DNA from: an uncultured Thermoanaerobaculia bacterium
GTDB lineage: Bacteria > Acidobacteriota > JBCCFW01
Reading direction: 5' to 3'
Assembly: GCA_964613915.1 (NCBI GenBank)
Contig: CAZTIW010000007.1
Span: forward strand, 67,828-131,827
DNA: 64,000 nucleotides
Under the pieces are notes generated by a model. That model had not been told where the DNA came from, made no database searches, and saw only the letters and a program-made list of their open reading frames with translations. The translations under genes and the position numbers were made by a program. Positions 15,690-25,017 of this stretch are shown one piece after another (the stretch's first letter is position 1; every line of letters begins with the position of its first letter).

Positions 15690-16392
15690 TCTCGCCGTGA
15701 TTCTCGCCGTTCTGGCACTGGCGTGCCACCGGCGGCCGGATTTCGACCTGACGCTGGCGCAGCTCGATCTGGCTCAGGCGTTCGAGAAGCCGTCGGGCAG
15801 CATCCAGATTTACGGGGATGGCCGAGGAACTGACCCCAAGCAGTGGATCGTCGAGTTCCGCATCCAGGGCCTCGAGCCCTTCATGGAGGCGCGGTTCGAC
15901 GGGCAGAAGGATCGCTGGGCGCTCGGAGGCGTCCGCGAGCGGGGGACAGGGACCGAGGGCCCCTGGGAGAGCGTCGCGGTGCTGCTCAACCGCGTCAAGG
16001 GCGAGACGGCGAGCCGCGGGCAGGAGACCATGGCCCGGATGCGAGCGCTGGCGGACTACATCGGCCAGTACGCCCTCCGCAACGGCAACCGCTTCCCGGC
16101 GGCGGACATGGCGGGGCTGAGGGGCCTCATCATCCGGGAAGGCATCGTGCAGGAGCGCGACTGGCATCACGACACGGATGGCTGGGGCCAGACGTTCCGC
16201 TATCACGCGGCCCCCGACGGTCTGGGCTACGTCGTGATCTCGCCAGGGGCGGATGGCGAGCTGGACCGGCCCGAGGACGAGTACTACGCGAACGCCGACC
16301 AGGGGATCGAGGCGTACGGCGGCCTGTCACGTGATCCGGGGGCGGACATCGTGCTCGCGAGCGGCGACCTGGTCCAGGGCTTCGAACCCTGA
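15658..16392 (+). CDS. Lipoprotein with a C-terminal GspG/T2SS-G-like pilin core
   Basis: Lipobox LALAC. Helix MARMRALADYIGQYALRNGNRFP is followed by DGWGQTFRY...VISPGADG, which resembles the GspG DPWGxxYxY...SxGxDG signature. Confidence 0.6.
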   Translation: MPDCRGNSARILAVILAVLALACHRRPDFDLTLAQLDLAQAFEKPSGSIQIYGDGRGTDPKQWIVEFRIQGLEPFMEARFDGQKDRWALGGVRERGTGTEGPWESVAVLLNRVKGETASRGQETMARMRALADYIGQYALRNGNRFPAADMAGLRGLIIREGIVQERDWHHDTDGWGQTFRYHAAPDGLGYVVISPGADGELDRPEDEYYANADQGIEAYGGLSRDPGADIVLASGDLVQGFEP

Positions 16393-16396
16393 GCGA

Positions 16397-16684
16397 TCAG
16401 GTGATCGGCTTGTAGTTGGCGAGCAGGCGATCGACCTCGCGCGCCCACTCCGCGCTGTCGGCCGTGAGCACCTTCAGCACGCGCTTCATCTCCGCGGGGC
16501 TGTCGCGCTGAAAGCCGTCGAGCAGCAGCGCGAGGACGCGATCGCGGTCCTTAGGATCCAGCATCCGCTCGATGCGGCTGAGCATGCGCTCGGGCGAGGG
16601 CAGGTCAAGCCCCTGCATCGCGGAGACGATGCGCGCTCGCACTTCTTCGGTATTGCCGGTCCCCGTCGGCGTGTCCTTGGCCAT
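16397..16684 (-). CDS. Hypothetical all-helical protein (95 aa)
   Basis: GGAG RBS, amphipathic helical pattern and typical codon bias. Confidence 0.65.
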   Translation of the reverse strand: MAKDTPTGTGNTEEVRARIVSAMQGLDLPSPERMLSRIERMLDPKDRDRVLALLLDGFQRDSPAEMKRVLKVLTADSAEWAREVDRLLANYKPIT

Positions 16685-16831
16685 GACTCGCAACTCCTTG
16701 CCGCACGCTTCCCCACGTCCGGCCGAGCGCACGCGGCGCTTCTGGCAAGTAGTCTAGGCCCCCGTGGGCGAGTTTTCCAATACGAAAAACCGGGTCAGCC
16801 CACCCTCTGTCGCGGCCAAGAAACGCGCCGG

Positions 16832-17140
16832 CTAGGTTGCTGCCTCGGCCGTGGCTGCTCTTTCGACCCAGGCGAGGGCTGTCCGCGGCACGACCCAGTG
16901 CACGCCGCCCTCCGTGTTGACCCTGAACGCCCCGCGCTCGTGCCACTCGAGTGTTCCCACGACCTCCGACCCATCCCGAAGCCGCAGCCGGAGGGGAACG
17001 CCTGCCTCCGCCATGCGCTGGAAGTAGGACAGCTCGGGACTGCCGCGGCGAGGGGGCGTGGTGGCCGAACGGCCCTGGGCGGAGCCGAGGAACGCGGAGG
17101 GGCCGAGAATCGGCTTGCGGGGGTTCCGGGAGGGGGGCAT
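16832..17140 (-). CDS. Hfq-like Sm/LSm-fold RNA-binding protein
   Basis: ELSYFQRMAEAGVPLRLRLRDGSEVVGTLEWHERGAFRV...HWVVPRTALAWVE fits the Sm1/Sm2 pattern. Start at 17140 or 17149. Confidence 0.65.
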   Translation of the reverse strand: MPPSRNPRKPILGPSAFLGSAQGRSATTPPRRGSPELSYFQRMAEAGVPLRLRLRDGSEVVGTLEWHERGAFRVNTEGGVHWVVPRTALAWVERAATAEAAT

Positions 17141-17198
17141 GGCGTCCATCTTCCGCGTGACCCGTCCCCGGGGTCAAGCCATCGGCGGCTCCACACGA

Positions 17199-17231
17199 CG
17201 AAATAGAGGCGAACTCAGGGCGAAAAAAAGG
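17199..17231 (+). promoter_or_regulatory. Triple 11-bp-period repeat, candidate LexA (GAAC-N7-GAAC type) operator
   Basis: cgaaatagagg / cgaactcaggg / cgaaaaaaagg, located directly upstream of the mrfA-like helicase. Confidence 0.5.
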
Positions 17232-17266
17232 TGGATCTGCGGAGCGGGGTTGCGCGATGATCCCGC

Positions 17267-19864
17267 ATGCGTGAGCTCCCCGTGGCTGCCGAAGCGCCGG
17301 ATTCGGGCGAAGGCCTCGTGCCGCGAGCCGCTGCACGGGAACTTCTCGGCCGGCCAGCCGTCGACGATCTGATCGCAGCCATGGGCATCGCCCCGGCGTC
17401 GGCGCGCGGTCGCGTGGCTGACGGCGCGGGAGGCGTCCGCTTCCACGCCGTGCAGCCGGCGAGGCCCGCCCGGATCGCGCCCTGGCCCGATGAGATCGCG
17501 CCTGCGGTCCGGCGCGCTCTGGCGGCGCGCGGGATCGACGCCCCGTGGACGCATCAGGCTCAGGCGATGCGGCTGGCCCTGGCGCGCCGCGACCTCGTGG
17601 TCGTCACCCCCACGGCCTCCGGGAAGTCGCTCTGCTTCGCGGCTCCCATCCTGACGCGCTGCCTGCACGATCCGTCTGCCCGCGCGCTGCTGATCTTCCC
17701 CACGAAGGCGCTGGCGCTCGATCAGGCCCAGGCGCTGCACGATCTCGTCGAGGCTGTTCGCCGTGAAGCCGGACCCGGCGCCCCCGAGATTCCAGTCTCG
17801 ACGTACGACGGCGACACGCCGGCGGGCGTGCGGCGGTTCGTGCGCGAGAAGTGCCGGCTCGTGGTCACGAACCCGGACATGCTCCATGCGTCGGTGCTGC
17901 CTCACCACGCGCGCTGGGCGCCGCTCATGCAAGGACTGACGCATGTCGTCGTGGACGAACTCCACGCCTACAAGGGCGTCTTCGGCAGCCACGTGGCGAA
18001 CGTCTTGCGCCGCCTCCGCAGGGTCGCGGCGTTCCACGGCAGCCGGCCGTGCTTCATCTCGTGCTCCGCGACCATCGCCAACGCCCGGGAGCACGCGGCG
18101 GCGCTGACCGAGGCGCCCGCCGAGATCGTGGACGACGACGGCGCGCCGCGCGGCGAGAGACACGTCGTGCTCCACGATCCGCCGCTGCTGGATGCCGCCT
18201 CGGGGTACCGCCAGCCCGCCATCGAGGCCGCCCGCGGCCTGGCCCTTCCGTGCATCCAAGCGGGCTTCCAGACGATCGTCTTCACAACTTCGCGACTGAA
18301 GGTCGAGTTGCTGACGCGGTATCTGCACGACGACCTGAACGCGCTCGGCCTGCCCGCGACGCTGGTCGAGGCCTATCGCGGCGGACACCTGCCCGGGCAC
18401 CGCCGGCGCGTGCAGGCGGCGCTGCGCGCGGGCACCCTGCGCTGCGTCGTGACCACGAACGCCCTCGAGCTGGGGCTCGACATCGGCGCGCTCGATGTCG
18501 CGATCCTGGCAGGCTGGCCCGGGTCCATCGCCTCCGCATGGCAGCAAATGGGCCGCGCAGGGAGGCGGGGCCGCACGTCGCTCTGCGTGTTCGTGGCGGG
18601 ATCCTCGCCGATGGACCAGCACGTCGTGGCCCATCCCGAGCACCTGCTCGGAGCCAGTCCCGAGCACGCGCGGCTCAACGCCGACAACCTGCTCATCCTG
18701 GCCGATCACTTGAAGTGCGGCGCGTTCGAGCTGCCGTTCACGCGCGGCGAACCCTTCGGCGGGCTGAGCGGGGAATCGGCGACCGGCGTGCTCGAGCTCT
18801 TCTCGCAGGACGGCCTGCTGCACGAGGAGGGCGGCGTCTTCCACTGGACGCAGGAGACCCATCCGGCGGAGGCCGTGAGCCTTCGCGCGGTCTCGTCCGA
18901 CAACTTCGTGGTCGTGGACACGTCGCGCGTGCCGCCGCGCGTGATCGCCGAGGTCGACTTCCCGTCCGCGCCGACCACGATCCACGAGAAGGCGATCCAC
19001 ATCGTCGCCGGCCGCTCGTACCAGGTGGATCGCCTCGACCACGAGGGCCGCAAGGCCTACGTGACGCCCGTGGACTGCGAGTACTACACGGACGCCATCA
19101 CGTTCCGGACGGTCTCCGTTCTCGACGTCGCGGCCACGCGGCCGGCGCTGGCGCCCGGGGCCGGCATCGTGCTGCATCACGGGGACGTGCGCGTCAGCGA
19201 CAAGGCCATCGGCTTCAAGAAGATCCGGCTCCGCACGCACGAGAACCTGGGTTACGGGGACATCGCCCTGCCGGAGCGCGAGATGCACTCCACGGGCTGC
19301 TGGTTCACGATCACGCCCGCGGCGCTTGACCGGCTGGCCCGCTGGGGAGCCACGCGCCGCGACATCGTGGAGGGGCTCGCGGGCGCGGGCCACGTCGTCC
19401 ACGCGATGGCGTGCATCGTGGCGTCGTGCGAGGCGCGGGATCTCGGCATGGGGATCGGCGGCTCGGGCGGCACCGGGCCCGCGGACGGCGTGGGCTGGGC
19501 CGCCGGGGGCGGGCTTGGCGGCGCCCTCGAGATCCGGCAGGGCGGGCAGCGCGTCACGCGCGCGCCCGATCAGGACGCCCTGCTCGGAGTCCTCGGGCAA
19601 TTCGAGCCGACGTTCTTCCTGCACGACGCCGTGCCGGGCGGGGTCGGGCTCGCCCCGCTTCTCTTCGAGCGCCATGACCTCGTCATCGCCATGGCCCTGC
19701 GCGCGCTCGCTCGGTGCGCCTGCGAGGAGGGTTGCCCCGCCTGTGTCGGCCCGCGTCGCGGCCGCCGTTGCCGCGAGGTCTCGCTGCGCCTGCTCGAGGA
19801 AGCCGCCGGCGGAATCAGCGAGGACGCGGGGACGTCCGCCGGGGCGACCGCGGCGAGCCCATGA
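17267..19864 (+). CDS. mrfA: MrfA/YprA/Hrq1-family DEAD/DEAH helicase with DUF1998 (Zn-binding) C-terminus
   Basis: TPTASGKS, IFPTKALALDQ, VVDELHAY, SATIAN, TNALELGLDIG and QQMGRAGR motifs. C-terminal CACEEGCPAC. Confidence 0.88.
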   Translation: MRELPVAAEAPDSGEGLVPRAAARELLGRPAVDDLIAAMGIAPASARGRVADGAGGVRFHAVQPARPARIAPWPDEIAPAVRRALAARGIDAPWTHQAQAMRLALARRDLVVVTPTASGKSLCFAAPILTRCLHDPSARALLIFPTKALALDQAQALHDLVEAVRREAGPGAPEIPVSTYDGDTPAGVRRFVREKCRLVVTNPDMLHASVLPHHARWAPLMQGLTHVVVDELHAYKGVFGSHVANVLRRLRRVAAFHGSRPCFISCSATIANAREHAAALTEAPAEIVDDDGAPRGERHVVLHDPPLLDAASGYRQPAIEAARGLALPCIQAGFQTIVFTTSRLKVELLTRYLHDDLNALGLPATLVEAYRGGHLPGHRRRVQAALRAGTLRCVVTTNALELGLDIGALDVAILAGWPGSIASAWQQMGRAGRRGRTSLCVFVAGSSPMDQHVVAHPEHLLGASPEHARLNADNLLILADHLKCGAFELPFTRGEPFGGLSGESATGVLELFSQDGLLHEEGGVFHWTQETHPAEAVSLRAVSSDNFVVVDTSRVPPRVIAEVDFPSAPTTIHEKAIHIVAGRSYQVDRLDHEGRKAYVTPVDCEYYTDAITFRTVSVLDVAATRPALAPGAGIVLHHGDVRVSDKAIGFKKIRLRTHENLGYGDIALPEREMHSTGCWFTITPAALDRLARWGATRRDIVEGLAGAGHVVHAMACIVASCEARDLGMGIGGSGGTGPADGVGWAAGGGLGGALEIRQGGQRVTRAPDQDALLGVLGQFEPTFFLHDAVPGGVGLAPLLFERHDLVIAMALRALARCACEEGCPACVGPRRGRRCREVSLRLLEEAAGGISEDAGTSAGATAASP

Positions 19865-21102
19865 CCCCGGCGACGCTACAGGCGCGCTGGCGTGCGCTCC
19901 AGGAAGCCACGGGCGTCGCGGCAGGCGATCCCGCGCCGTCGCCCTCGCCCGGCGAGCCCGGGGCGCCCCCTGCAGGCCCGCCCGCCGCGGCTGCGTCGGC
20001 ATCGGGAGGGAAGCTTCACGAGAGCGAGGTCGCGATCCCTGACTGGGGCGCCGCGCCGCCGGCCGAGACGATGCGCCGGCTCGCGGTGCTCGCGCGCGAG
20101 CCGGCGATCGCGCGGCTGAGTCCCGAGGACCTCTTGTTTCTGGACCTCGAGACCACGGGACTGTCCGGAGGGTCGGGCACGATGGCGTTCTGCTTCGGCC
20201 TCGCCCGCTTGAGGCGGCGCGCGGGGGGCCTCGTGCTCGACATCCGGCAGCGCGTCCTGTCGGTGATGGCGGACGAGACGCTGGCCCTCGCGGAGGCTCG
20301 CGCCGCGGTGGACGGCGCGGGCGCGGTCGTCACGTTCAACGGGCGCTCGTACGATCTCCCGCTGCTCCATGCGCGTTGCGTCATGCGACGGCAGCCCGTT
20401 CCACGGCAGCCGCTCCACGTGGATGTCCTGCACCCCGCGCGCCGCCTGCTGCGCGCCAGGCTTCCCGATGTCCGGCTCCTGTCGCTCGAGCGGGCGCTGT
20501 GGGCGCGCGATCGTCTCGATGACCTCCCCGGCGCCGCCATCCCCGCGGCCTTCTTCGCGGCGCTTCGTGGTGACACGGCGCTCATCGACGATGTCGTCCG
20601 GCACAACGCCGACGACCTCGCGACCCTCGCCGGCCTGTGCCCCGTCCTGGCGTGCCTCGCTGGCGGCGGCCGGGCACCCACCGGTCTCGCGGCTGACCCC
20701 CTGGCGCTGGCCGAGCTGCGCCTGGTCGCGGGCGACCGCGAGGCGGCCCTGGCGCTCGTGCGGGAGGCAGGGCCGGCCGCCGGCGCAGGCGGACCCGACG
20801 CGGGCAGGGCGGTCCGGCGCGCCCGGCTCGCGCGTCGATCCGGGGGCGCCGCGGCCGCGCGAGAGTTCTGGCGGGCGGCAAGCGAGGCGCCGGATGCCGG
20901 CCCTGGCCCGTGGGAGGAACTCGCGAAGATCCTCGAGCATCACGACCGGGATCCCGCCGGCGCCCTGCCGGTGGTGCGTCGCGCTCTCGAGACGTTCGGC
21001 GCCGACGGCGCGATCCGGGCCCGGCTCGAGCACCGGCTGGCCCGGCTGCACCGGAAGCTCGCCCGAGCGGCGGGGTTTCGCCAGGACGGCGGTTCCGGCT
21101 AG
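19861..21102 (+). CDS. mrfB: MrfB/YprB-like DEDD (RNase H-like) exonuclease with TPR-like C-terminus
   Basis: FLDLETTGL, VTFNGRSYD, HVDVLHPARR and HNADD motifs. ATGA overlap with mrfA. Confidence 0.85.
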   Translation: MTPATLQARWRALQEATGVAAGDPAPSPSPGEPGAPPAGPPAAAASASGGKLHESEVAIPDWGAAPPAETMRRLAVLAREPAIARLSPEDLLFLDLETTGLSGGSGTMAFCFGLARLRRRAGGLVLDIRQRVLSVMADETLALAEARAAVDGAGAVVTFNGRSYDLPLLHARCVMRRQPVPRQPLHVDVLHPARRLLRARLPDVRLLSLERALWARDRLDDLPGAAIPAAFFAALRGDTALIDDVVRHNADDLATLAGLCPVLACLAGGGRAPTGLAADPLALAELRLVAGDREAALALVREAGPAAGAGGPDAGRAVRRARLARRSGGAAAAREFWRAASEAPDAGPGPWEELAKILEHHDRDPAGALPVVRRALETFGADGAIRARLEHRLARLHRKLARAAGFRQDGGSG

Positions 21103-21132
21103 ACTCCACGCTTCTCCCACCGGTCAGGAGCG

Positions 21133-21597
21133 ATGGAGATCTTCACGCTGGGCCACTCGCTGCGGGCCCCCGCCGAACTCGCTGCGATACTCACCCTCAC
21201 CCGCGCCGGGTTCGTCGCGGACGTGCGCCGCTTTCCGGGCGAGAAGAAGCACCCGGGGTTTGGCCGCGAGACGCTGGAGAAGCTGTGCCTCGACCTGTCG
21301 GTCACTCACGTCGGGCTCGGGCGACTCCTGGGAGGCGCGAGGCCGGAGGGCTACCGGGCCTACATGGAGACCGAGGCGTTCCGCGAGGGGCTGGCCGAGC
21401 TCGTGGACCTGGCTCGCAAGCGTCCAACGGTGATCCTGTGCAACGAGGCCTTCTATTTCCGCTGCCATCGCAAGTACCTGTCGGATGAACTCATGCGACA
21501 GGGCTGGAACGTCACGCACTTCCTCGACGCCGAGCGGCGCTTCAAGCACCGCGTCGGCGCCTACCGGGCTTCGCAGCGACCCGACGAGTGCGAGTGA
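21133..21597 (+). CDS. DUF488 family protein
   Basis: IFTLGHS, VADVRRFP and LCNE...CHR motifs. AGGAG RBS. Confidence 0.85.
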   Translation: MEIFTLGHSLRAPAELAAILTLTRAGFVADVRRFPGEKKHPGFGRETLEKLCLDLSVTHVGLGRLLGGARPEGYRAYMETEAFREGLAELVDLARKRPTVILCNEAFYFRCHRKYLSDELMRQGWNVTHFLDAERRFKHRVGAYRASQRPDECE

Positions 21598-21600
21598 CGC

Positions 21601-23076
21601 GTGAGCCAGACATTCGCGACCCATCCGCTCGCCGAAGTCCTGAGGGATCTCCTGTTCGATCAGGCCTCCGGCGTCCTGTCGGTGCAGGCCGAGAGCTTCC
21701 GTGCCGACGTCATGGTGCACTCGGGCTCCATCATCTACTGCCGCTCCGATGCTCCGGACCAGAAGCTGGAGAACCTGCTCGTCCGCTGGGGCTACATGCC
21801 CGCGGATCGCGTGACGGGACTCGCGGCGCGGCTTGGCGGCAACGTGCGCGCGGGCCTGGTCGCCGAGAACGTGTTCCCCAGCGAGGCTGCCTTCGACGAG
21901 TTCATGGGGCAGATCCTGCGCGAGCGCGTGCTCGAGCTGTTCGCGCATCCGACGGCCTCGTTCGCGTTCGTCGCTAAGGACGTCTCGAGCATGCGGCAGG
22001 TGCCGTTCCCGAGCACGACCCCGAACGTCATCCTCGAGGGTTGCCGTCGCGTGCAGGACATGGGGCCGCTGGCGGATGTCCTCCTGGCCAGCGACGCGTC
22101 GCTCCTGCCCAACGAGCGTCCCGCCGTGACGATCGAGTCGCTCGACATGGCGCCCGCCGAGGGCTACGCGTTCTCGCTCGTCACCGGAGCGAGCACGCCC
22201 GCGGAGATCTGCCGCGTCAGTCCGCTGGGCCAGCAGGAGACGCTGCGGCTGCTCCACGCCCTGCTCGTTCTCGACGTGATCCGTCACCCGCAGATGGTCG
22301 GCCAGCGGTTCGTCGCCGCGGAGCTCATCCGGCGGCTCGCGGCCTCGCGCGATCGAGACGCGGCCGACCGCGAGGCGATCGAGACGGAATACGAGCGGAT
22401 CAAGGGCCTCGAGTTGTTCTCGATCGTGCCTGGCGCGGGGAACATGCCCCTGGCGGAGTTGCGACGCGCGGTGAAGGCTTACCAGGAAGCCTGGAAGCCA
22501 GAGCGCTTCACGCCGCGAGCGGCCCGGGAGATGAGGGACCGTCTCGCCATCATGCAAGGACGCGCCGGCGAGCTCCTCCTGGCGGCGACCCAGGCGGAAG
22601 GCCGGCAGGCCCTCAGCTCGACGCCCTCGGCTCCTGCGGCCGCGGGCGCGGATGCGGGTGATGACCACTTCAAGCGGCTCGAGTTCACCAAGTCGGAGTC
22701 GCAGGCGAAGCTCGAGGAAGCGCAGCGCGAGGCCGAGCGATACTTCTCGAAGGCCCAGGATGCGTTTCGCGCCAAGGACTACCACGCGACCATCCAGATG
22801 ATGCGCGAGGCGCTGCGCCGGGACGAGACGGCGCGCTACCACGCCCTCCTCGGGGATGCGCTGGCCATGAACCCGCACTGGGGCAAGAAGGCCGAGGAGG
22901 CCTACCAGCGGGCCATGGAGCTCGACAAGTACGACGCCAAGCTTCCGCTGGCGCTCGGCCGGGTCTACCAGCGCGCCGGGCTCCGTCAGCGTGCCCGGGA
23001 GCAGTTCGAGAAGTCGCTCACGTTGCAGCCCGACCTCGAAGAGGCCAAGCAGGCGTTGCGCGAGACCTCGCGGTAG
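21601..23076 (+). CDS. DUF4388-like N-terminal domain + degenerate J-like segment + TPR protein
   Basis: LAEVLRDL...SGVLSV...HSGSII, then AVKAYQEAWKPERF, then C-terminal TPRs (AEEAYQRAMELD, AREQFEKSLTLQP). Confidence 0.7.
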   Translation: MSQTFATHPLAEVLRDLLFDQASGVLSVQAESFRADVMVHSGSIIYCRSDAPDQKLENLLVRWGYMPADRVTGLAARLGGNVRAGLVAENVFPSEAAFDEFMGQILRERVLELFAHPTASFAFVAKDVSSMRQVPFPSTTPNVILEGCRRVQDMGPLADVLLASDASLLPNERPAVTIESLDMAPAEGYAFSLVTGASTPAEICRVSPLGQQETLRLLHALLVLDVIRHPQMVGQRFVAAELIRRLAASRDRDAADREAIETEYERIKGLELFSIVPGAGNMPLAELRRAVKAYQEAWKPERFTPRAAREMRDRLAIMQGRAGELLLAATQAEGRQALSSTPSAPAAAGADAGDDHFKRLEFTKSESQAKLEEAQREAERYFSKAQDAFRAKDYHATIQMMREALRRDETARYHALLGDALAMNPHWGKKAEEAYQRAMELDKYDAKLPLALGRVYQRAGLRQRAREQFEKSLTLQPDLEEAKQALRETSR

Positions 23077-23097
23077 CGCCGCAACGGAAACGGGTGC

Positions 23098-25017
23098 TCA
23101 GTTCTTCGGGGCGCTCGCCCGGCTCGTGATGATGCTCGTCAGCCGATCGGGCTGGCCCGCGTCGCGAGCGAGGCTCAGGTACTTGAGGCCGTCGCCGTAC
23201 GGGACCGTCACCTCGCGCAGCACGTCACCGCTGGCGATGAGCAGCCGGACGGATCGTGCCGCGACGCTCTGCGCGATCGCGTCCTCGATGCGTTGCAGGG
23301 AGAAGCGGCGGTCGTTCACGCCGAGCACCTCGACGCCATCGAAGAGGCCGGCGCGGTCGGCCGGGGAGTCCGGCACGACGCGCGAGACGATGCCCGCCTC
23401 GCTGAACGCGCACCCGATGGCGTCGCGGAAGTCCCTGGACTTGCCGCGGTCCTCGCGCTTCTTGAGCGGAGCCGATCGTTCGGGCGCGTACTGCAGGCGA
23501 TGGCCGAGGGAGGACACGAACGCCACCGGGAGCTCGTCCTGCGTCCGGTCGACGCGCTCGCGGAAGAACCCCTCCCAGTCTGCGGGCAGGATGGCCCCGA
23601 GCGCGGCCACCACGTCTGCCAGGTCGTGGGGCAGGACCTCGCCCGCGGGCCCCGAAGCGCCGAGGAACGAGCGACAGAAGTCGTCGAGACTCCGCGTCTC
23701 GTTCGTCTCGCGGCGGATGCGCGCGTCCACCTCCATCCAGATGAGCGCGCCTTCCGCGTAGTAGTCCTGGCTCCGCCGATGGAGGCCCCAGCTCGGCGAT
23801 CCCTCGCGCAGCAGCCATGACGAGGCGGCCGTGTCGCCCAGAGGGCGCCAGCGCCGTCCCTTCTGGTGCATGAGCCCGGAGATGCTCTGGGCGAGGCTGG
23901 CCCGGTAGTCGTCAGGCGACACGAGTCCCGCGCGCGCCGCGAGCACGTCGCCCAGGTATTGCGCCAGGCCCTCGTAGATCCACAGCAGCGACGTGCGCTC
24001 GGGGACCTGGAAGTCCGGCGTCACCATCGCGCGCGGACGCCGCCACTTGCCGCACCACGAGTGCGCGTACTCGTGAGGCAGCAGGTAGGCGACCCACGGC
24101 TCGATGTCCTCCGGATCCGCGAGGGCGCGCTCCTTCACGCCATTGAGGCTGCAGCGCAGGTGCTCGAGGCCGAGATTGCCGATCTCGTCGCTCAGCGTCA
24201 GCAGGAAGTGGTAGCCGTCGTGCGGATACCGGCCGAACATGACGCCGGCCTCGGCAACGACGCGGCGGTAGCGCGCCAGGATCGCCTCCGGCAGTTGCAG
24301 GGCCTCCTCGCTCGCGGCGACGACATGCAGCACGTGAGGCGCGGCCGCTCCGGCATCGGTCAGCGGGAAGGCCCGCACGTGCCGGCCGGCGATGAGCGGG
24401 CTGTCGACGAGCCGCTCGAGCGACACGGGGTCGAAGCGCAGCGCGCGGGGGTCGGCGCTTGGCTTGTCGTCAGAGACGACGAGCGCCGAGGCGTGGCGCC
24501 AGCCGTCAGGCAGGCGCAAGGTGACCGCGACCTTCGCGTCGGCTGTCCTCGTGCCCTCGGGGTAGAGGAACACCGTGTTCCAGTTGAGGATGCCCAGGAG
24601 CGCCGTCCCGTAGCTGTCGGCGCCGCGCGAGTTGGCGGTGGGCTGGTTGCAGATGTACCGCGTGCGCACGACCACGCGGGCGCTTCCGGGCGGCACGGTG
24701 CACGTGAACCGGTGCGGATCGGTCTCGTCGCGCCGCCAGGGAATCGGCTTGCCGTCCGCCGTCTCGAAGGCGAGGCCGCCGAGATTCTGCACGGGCCCGC
24801 CTGGCGAGTGCGTGCCGGGAATCCAGCGCGGGTAGAGGAAGACCTGCTCGCCGGGACCGACGCGCCACGTGATGCTCGCGCTCACGAGCTTGCGCGGGAG
24901 GTCTCGAGCGTCCACCTCCATCTCGGCCACGGCGCCGGCGGCGGCGTTCGTCGCCGTCGCGGCGATCGCCAGCGCGAGAAGGAGGACGATCGACGGGCGG
25001 GGAGGGAGTCGCTTCAC
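23098..25017 (-). CDS. M61-family (glycyl aminopeptidase-like) metallopeptidase with PDZ domain
   Basis: Signal peptide, YPRWIPGTHSP, GLEH, LLPHEYAHSW, LWIYEGL and YYAEG motifs, PDZ SPADRAGL. GTG start with a GGAGG RBS. Confidence 0.9.
   Translation of the reverse strand: MKRLPPRPSIVLLLALAIAATATNAAAGAVAEMEVDARDLPRKLVSASITWRVGPGEQVFLYPRWIPGTHSPGGPVQNLGGLAFETADGKPIPWRRDETDPHRFTCTVPPGSARVVVRTRYICNQPTANSRGADSYGTALLGILNWNTVFLYPEGTRTADAKVAVTLRLPDGWRHASALVVSDDKPSADPRALRFDPVSLERLVDSPLIAGRHVRAFPLTDAGAAAPHVLHVVAASEEALQLPEAILARYRRVVAEAGVMFGRYPHDGYHFLLTLSDEIGNLGLEHLRCSLNGVKERALADPEDIEPWVAYLLPHEYAHSWCGKWRRPRAMVTPDFQVPERTSLLWIYEGLAQYLGDVLAARAGLVSPDDYRASLAQSISGLMHQKGRRWRPLGDTAASSWLLREGSPSWGLHRRSQDYYAEGALIWMEVDARIRRETNETRSLDDFCRSFLGASGPAGEVLPHDLADVVAALGAILPADWEGFFRERVDRTQDELPVAFVSSLGHRLQYAPERSAPLKKREDRGKSRDFRDAIGCAFSEAGIVSRVVPDSPADRAGLFDGVEVLGVNDRRFSLQRIEDAIAQSVAARSVRLLIASGDVLREVTVPYGDGLKYLSLARDAGQPDRLTSIITSRASAPKN

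Noticed and set aside
17174-20002. 942-aa minus-strand ORF, plus similar long ORFs at 45189-47906(+), 23866-26484(+), 3357-5771(-) and 34734-36755(-)
   Set aside because: Antisense shadows of well-supported genes. They are Arg/Ala/Gly/Pro-rich with no motifs, as expected from stop-codon scarcity in high-GC DNA.
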